From: Pseudomonadales bacterium
GTDB taxonomy: Bacteria; Pseudomonadota; Gammaproteobacteria; Pseudomonadales; UBA7239
Assembly: GCA_035430165.1 (NCBI GenBank)
Contig: DAOMGE010000009.1
Location: forward strand, 2,713-66,712
Direction: 5' to 3'
Length of the DNA stretch: 64,000 bases
Shown here: positions 59,248-64,000 of the stretch, piece after piece
How positions within the stretch are numbered: position 1 is the first letter of the stretch
How the letters are laid out: the number at the start of each line of letters is the position of its first letter
The notes under the pieces: generated by a model
What the model was told of the DNA's origin: nothing
Databases searched by the model: none
The model's input: only the letters and a program-made list of their open reading frames with translations
Position numbers and translations under genes: made by a program

Positions 59248-60506
59248 GTCGCCACCTCCAGTGGCAGGTGGATACGCGTGGTCGTGCCACCACCCGCGCG
59301 ACGCTCCAGCAACAGACTGCCGCCGGCACGCTCCAGACTGGCGTGGGACAGCAGCAATCCCAGCCCCATGCCCTTGTCACTGGCCTGCTGCTGGCCGAGT
59401 TGCTGCAGGATGTGTTCGCTGACGCCTTGCCCGTCATCCTCGATCACGATGTCCAGTTGCCGGTTGTCCCACTGCACGCTGACCTTCAGCAAGTCACGGC
59501 TGGCGTTCGCGGCATTGTCCAGCAGGTTGATCAGCGCCTGCTCGACGGTTAACGGCAACACCGCTTCCAGCGCCGGCCCTGGCACCACGCCGAATATCGC
59601 CCTGGCCTCGGGTCGCAACACCTGCCAGTTGCGGATCAGCTGCTGCACGAAAACCTCGACCGGCAAGCGTCGCCTTGCACCGGACTGGTGTTCTCGCGCC
59701 GTGTCTGCCAGCTGGCGCAGCGATTGCTGGCAACGCGCCACCTGCCCGGCCATCAACTGCAACTCATCACACAGGGCGGGATTGTCATGATGTTCATGCT
59801 GCAGGTCGCCCAGCACCACCGCGAGGCTGGACAAAGGTGTGCCCAATTCATGCGCGGTACCCGCTGCCAGGGTGGCAACCGCCATGATGTTTTCATCCAC
59901 CAGTTGCTGCTCTCGCAAGGCATTGATGCGGTCGCGCTGGCTGCGCACCGTGGCCGCCATCGCCGCCACAAAATGGGTGATCAGCAAGGCACTCACGCCA
60001 AAGTTGATCCACATGCCCACCACATGCCAGCCGAGGCCGCCACCATGGTGATGTTCGTGCGGTGAGAGCACTTGCAATGGCAAGTAGAAAAACAGCAAGC
60101 CGCTGTAACTCGCCAGACAAATGACTGTCAGCAATGCCGTGAAATAGCGCGGCAAGGTCGCCGCAGACAGGGCAATCGGCACCAGGTAATACGTCACAAA
60201 CGGGTTGGTCGCACCGCCCGCCACATACAGCACTGCACTGAGCACCAGGCAATCTGCCAACAACTGCAGGAAAAATTCCGTTTCGCCGGGCGGCACCAGC
60301 CGGTCATAGGCACGCAAGAGACGGCCATGGCTGATGGCGAGCACCAGCAACTGCAACAACAACAAACCGGACAAGGTGTAGAGCTGCAACAGCGACAACC
60401 AGCGATGCGCCAACAACAACGACAGCGCCTGCGCCAGCCAGACCAGCGCGCGCAGGATCTGCAACTGTTGCAGGTAATGGATCGTGTTACGGGCAGGTGC
60501 TGTCAT
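59244..60506 (-). CDS. regB: RegB/PrrB/RoxS-type sensor histidine kinase
   Basis: Six TM segments with the GGxxNPF quinone-binding motif (GGATNPF), H-box AHELGTPL, NLLDNA, DDGQG, GMGLGL. Confidence 0.9.
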   Translation of the reverse strand: MTAPARNTIHYLQQLQILRALVWLAQALSLLLAHRWLSLLQLYTLSGLLLLQLLVLAISHGRLLRAYDRLVPPGETEFFLQLLADCLVLSAVLYVAGGATNPFVTYYLVPIALSAATLPRYFTALLTVICLASYSGLLFFYLPLQVLSPHEHHHGGGLGWHVVGMWINFGVSALLITHFVAAMAATVRSQRDRINALREQQLVDENIMAVATLAAGTAHELGTPLSSLAVVLGDLQHEHHDNPALCDELQLMAGQVARCQQSLRQLADTAREHQSGARRRLPVEVFVQQLIRNWQVLRPEARAIFGVVPGPALEAVLPLTVEQALINLLDNAANASRDLLKVSVQWDNRQLDIVIEDDGQGVSEHILQQLGQQQASDKGMGLGLLLSHASLERAGGSLLLERRAGGGTTTRIHLPLEVAT

Positions 60507-60539
60507 GCCAGCATTATAAGCCCACAGGAAACCTGCATA

Positions 60540-60560
60540 GCTGCGCCCGATTGTCGCAGC
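60540..60560. promoter_or_regulatory. Candidate RegA/PrrA box upstream of regB
   Basis: GCTGCGCCCGATTGTCGCAGC, matching the GCGnC-(spacer)-GnCGC type site. Confidence 0.55.
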
Positions 60561-60610
60561 CTGTCGGAAGCAAACGGCAATAATTCCAGGCTGTCCGTTA
60601 CGCCTGTCTG

Positions 60611-61372
60611 CTACAGCATCGCCATGGGGATTGCATCGTTATCCTTGATCAGCTGTCGTTGCGGCAAGTAATGAAGCAGTAGATCCGTTTCCTTCTTGAC
60701 CACGCCATAGCACTCACAACTCAGCGCTTCCAGTTTCGGCCGGTCAAGCACTTTGATCAGTCCACGTGCATACGAAATCACACCCAGGCGCTGTAATTCC
60801 AGCGCGGCCTGGGTGACACCTTCGCGGCGAACGCCCAGCATGTTGCTGATGAATTCCTGTGTCATCGTCAGGTGATTATGTGACAGGCGATCCATGGAAA
60901 GCAGTAGCCAGCGACAAAGCTGCTGTTCAATGGAATGATGCCTGTTGCAAACAGCGGTCTGGAAGATTTGCGTGATCAGCGCTTGCGTGTAGCGCAACAT
61001 CAGCATCAATAACTCCCCATGCCGGTTGAATTCCTCCTTCACTCGCTGCCTGGGCAGCCGATAAGCGTAGCCGGCGCTCTGCACCAACGACCTGCTAAGG
61101 GCGCTCTCCCCGCCCATGAATAAGGTGATGCCCAACAGCCCTTCGTTGCCCACCACAGAAATCGCGGTCGATGCCCCGTTTTCCATCACATACTGCAACG
61201 AGACGATCGAGTCGGTCGGGAAATAAACATGGCGCATCGGGCGCCGGGATTCATACAGCACCGCGCGCAGCGGCAGCGGCACCAGCTCCAGGTAGGGAAA
61301 CAAACGGCTTTGCACTTCGGGCGACAAGGCTGCCAGAAGATGATTCTGCTGGGGCTCGGGTTTGGCTGACAT
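60611..61372 (-). CDS. Crp/Fnr family transcriptional regulator
   Basis: NHLLAAL, VYFPTDSIVSL, VGNEGLLG, TAVCNRHHSIEQQLCRWLL, HTH TQEFISNMLGVRREGVT. Confidence 0.92.
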   Translation of the reverse strand: MSAKPEPQQNHLLAALSPEVQSRLFPYLELVPLPLRAVLYESRRPMRHVYFPTDSIVSLQYVMENGASTAISVVGNEGLLGITLFMGGESALSRSLVQSAGYAYRLPRQRVKEEFNRHGELLMLMLRYTQALITQIFQTAVCNRHHSIEQQLCRWLLLSMDRLSHNHLTMTQEFISNMLGVRREGVTQAALELQRLGVISYARGLIKVLDRPKLEALSCECYGVVKKETDLLLHYLPQRQLIKDNDAIPMAML

Positions 61373-61532
61373 TTCGGATCGCCTGGAACGGGTAGTTGGA
61401 GACCGCGCGATTGGAACCGATTGACCGTCATCTTTTCTGTACGACAACACACAGAAAAGCCGGAAAAATTAAGGGATCAAGAAGGAGGGTTGCCCCCCTG
61501 ACGCTACATCAGGGGGAGTGGTGGCAGCAGGC

Positions 61533-61823
61533 CTAGCGATGGGCCTTCAGTTTTTCCTTGTGGCGGATCAGCTGACGGTTCAACTTGTCGGCCAGACCAT
61601 CGATGGCGGCGTACATATCATCTGCTGTTGCATCCGCAAACAGGTCCGCGCCGCTGACATGAATCCGGGCTTCGGCTTTCTGTACCTGCTTGTCGACAAT
61701 CAGGGTAACGTCGGTCGTGGTGATCTTGTCGTGGTGCTTTTCAAGGCGATCAATCTTGCTGGTGACGTATTCGCGGAGGGAGGGAGTTACTTCGAGGTGA
61801 TGGCCACTGATATTCAATTGCAT
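61533..61823 (-). CDS. hpf: Ribosome hibernation promoting factor (short HPF/RaiA family)
   Basis: MQLNISGHHLEVTPSLREYV..K..RL..H...DMYAAID.L.DKL.RQL..HKEK. Confidence 0.93.
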   Translation of the reverse strand: MQLNISGHHLEVTPSLREYVTSKIDRLEKHHDKITTTDVTLIVDKQVQKAEARIHVSGADLFADATADDMYAAIDGLADKLNRQLIRHKEKLKAHR

Positions 61824-61979
61824 GAGACGCTCCTCTGTGTTGAGTGCATGACTTCAGTCTTCTTTACGATGCCAGTACTGTCTACTGCCGTCCGTGGTTT
61901 ACGACCATATTGCATGGCTTTTTGCTCTGTCCCTTGAGCCTACTGTACGACAGTGAGGGTATTAGTCAACCGCTTTTCT

Positions 61980-62696
61980 TCACGCCTGGTGGACGAGTTT
62001 TAATACCCCGTTATCGGCCATGGCGTACCAGAAACCATCCTTCCATTCCCCCAGCACGACACGCTCGGCACGGCGACCATCCGGCAACGACACAGCATGG
62101 CGAGCCGGTCGATGCGTATGGCCATGGATCAGGATATCGCAACCGTGTAACAGCAAGGCGTTTTCAATTTCTTGCGGCACCACATCCATGATGTCTTCTG
62201 CTTTCATACTGTTGGCCTCCTTGCTTTTCGCACGTAATTGCCCGGCAATATCCCGTCGTTCCGCGATCGGTTTATGGAGGAATTCCCGCTGCCAGCTGGC
62301 ATCACGCACGGTTGCGCGGAATTGCTGGTAAGCACTGTCTTCCGTGCAGAACTGGTCACCGTGCGCCAGCAACCAGCGCTGGCTGTTAACCGTCAGCACA
62401 AAAAAATCCGGCAATAATTCCATGCCGCAGCGCGAGGCAAAATTGTCGCCCAGTAAAAAATCCCGGTTACCATGCTGGAAGAAAATCTTGACGCCGCGAT
62501 CCGCCGCCGCGTCCAGCGCCCGTGCAATATCCTGCGCCAACAAACGGTCATCGTCGTCGCCGATCCACGCATCAAAGAAATCACCCAGAATATACAACTG
62601 GTCGTGCTGGCCAGTTTTTTCAGACAGAAAAGCAAGAAAGGCCGCAGTGATTTGCGGCCTTTCTTCAGAGAGATGCAGGTCAGAAATGAACAGCAT
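61980..62696 (-). CDS. lpxH: UDP-2,3-diacylglucosamine hydrolase
   Basis: FISDLHL, LGDFFDAWIGDD, HGNRDFL, HGD, IHGHTHRP. Confidence 0.97.
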   Translation of the reverse strand: MLFISDLHLSEERPQITAAFLAFLSEKTGQHDQLYILGDFFDAWIGDDDDRLLAQDIARALDAAADRGVKIFFQHGNRDFLLGDNFASRCGMELLPDFFVLTVNSQRWLLAHGDQFCTEDSAYQQFRATVRDASWQREFLHKPIAERRDIAGQLRAKSKEANSMKAEDIMDVVPQEIENALLLHGCDILIHGHTHRPARHAVSLPDGRRAERVVLGEWKDGFWYAMADNGVLKLVHQA

Positions 62697-62713
62697 GCGT
62701 TTCAGGACTTCGA

Positions 62714-63217
62714 TTACTCTTTGACGGTAACCGACTGGATAATGATCGTTTCCAGCGGCACATCCTGGTGACCGGACTTCGAACCGGTCTTGACGCCCTT
62801 GATCTTGTTCACCACGTCCATACCGTCAGTGACCTTGCCAAACACACAATATCCCCAGCCTTGTGGCGTTTCGCTCTTGAAGTTGAGGAAGTCATTGTTC
62901 TTGACGTTGATAAAAAACTGCGCGGTTGCGGAGTGCGGATCCATTGTGCGTGCCATGGCGATGGTACCCACATCATTTTTCAAACCGTTGTTTGCTTCGT
63001 TCTTGACATGCCCACGCGTAGCTTTCTGGCTCATGTTCACTTCCATGCCGCCGCCCTGGATCATGAAACCGTCGATCACACGATGGAAAATGGTGCCCGC
63101 GTAAAAACCGCTTTTCGCATATTCCAGAAAGTTGGCAACCGTAGCTGGCGCCTTGTCTGCATTGAGTTCGAGGGTGATATCACCGTGGGTGGTATGTAAT
63201 ACAACGGCTACTGACAT
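62714..63217 (-). CDS. ppiB: Cyclophilin-type peptidyl-prolyl isomerase B
   Basis: [40 protein letters not shown]. Confidence 0.97.
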   Translation of the reverse strand: MSVAVVLHTTHGDITLELNADKAPATVANFLEYAKSGFYAGTIFHRVIDGFMIQGGGMEVNMSQKATRGHVKNEANNGLKNDVGTIAMARTMDPHSATAQFFINVKNNDFLNFKSETPQGWGYCVFGKVTDGMDVVNKIKGVKTGSKSGHQDVPLETIIIQSVTVKE

Positions 63218-63361
63218 GATGCTTCCTGTGGTTTCGGGTATGGTCAAGGGCTGGCTATAATACGCGCTCTGCGCCAGTCGCGCCAAACCCGTACAAGCCC
63301 CATTGCCGACCCTCCGTCATCCCATCCATAACCACAGCCAAGCCAAGGGCAAACCCGACAC

Positions 63362-64000
63362 ATGAGCAACAAGCCGAACAAGCCAGAAGAATCCGCCAAA
63401 CCTGCGCACTTCATCCGCAACATCATTGCTGCGGATGTTGAAGCCGGACGCAATGCTGGCCAGGTTCATACGCGCTTCCCCCCGGAACCGAACGGCTACC
63501 TGCATATCGGTCATGCCAAATCGATTTGCCTCAACTTCGGTATGGCAGAAGAGTTTGGCGGCGAATGCAATTTGCGGTTTGACGATACCAATCCTGAAAA
63601 AGAAAACGATGAGTACATACAGGCCATTCAGGAAGATGTGCGCTGGCTGGGTTTCCAGTGGAGTGGCGAGGCACGTTACGCCTCCGGTTATTTTGACCAG
63701 TTGCATGCATGGGCTGTGTATCTGGTCGAACAGGGCAAGGCCTATGTCTGTCACCTGACACCGGATGAGGCGCGCCGCTATCGTGGTTCGCTCACCGAGC
63801 CTGGCCAGGACAGCCCGTACCGCAGCCGCAGCGTGGCAGAAAATCTCGCCTTGTTTGCACAGATGAAGGCTGGTGACTTTGCCGATGGCGAATGTGTACT
63901 GCGCGCAAAAATCGATATGGCCAGTCCTAATATCAACCTGCGCGACCCTATTCTCTACCGTATCCGTCGTGCACACCATCACCAGACCGGTGACACGTGG
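63362..64000 (+). CDS. glnS: Glutamine--tRNA ligase, 5' part (runs off window end)
   Basis: Manual translation from ATG 63362: ...HFIRNII..D...[26 protein letters not shown]...[13 protein letters not shown]. Confidence 0.97.
   Translation, partial: MSNKPNKPEESAKPAHFIRNIIAADVEAGRNAGQVHTRFPPEPNGYLHIGHAKSICLNFGMAEEFGGECNLRFDDTNPEKENDEYIQAIQEDVRWLGFQWSGEARYASGYFDQLHAWAVYLVEQGKAYVCHLTPDEARRYRGSLTEPGQDSPYRSRSVAENLALFAQMKAGDFADGECVLRAKIDMASPNINLRDPILYRIRRAHHHQTGDTW

Overview
A 64-kb chromosomal segment of a gammaproteobacterium, with Pseudomonadales/Cellvibrionales-like gene content and order. It is mostly housekeeping: ubiE (partial), recN, sahR-metK, diaA/gmhA-dolP, waaA, ppa, the complete S10-spc-alpha ribosomal protein cluster (rpsJ to rplQ, minus strand), folD, suhB, ubiK, glnK-amtB, rpe, hom-thrC, regBA, hpf, lpxH, ppiB and glnS (partial). 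Accessory genes sit singly between these. They include an RPH/PigC-architecture phosphotransferase, an AT-richer ~1070-aa mosaic membrane-anchored protein (helical/GspG-like-tail domain, Sel1, STN-like, MORN) next to a higBA toxin-antitoxin pair, and two orphan GT-C-like membrane proteins. There are also actinobacterial-type lipid/redox enzymes (FadD19-like, LLM, Ddn-like), an nsrR-hcp module lacking hcr, and an orphan three-CXXCH cytochrome c. Non-coding signals include a 23S rRNA helix 18-20-like structure between rpsJ and rplC with a competing upstream helix, and two families of short palindromic repeats, one copy of which is read in frame at the end of recN. Candidate SahR, LexA, FNR, NsrR, NtrC, sigma54 and RegA sites are also present. 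I saw no tRNA, rRNA, CRISPR array, transposase or integrase. All family calls come from motif recognition by eye, not from database searches.
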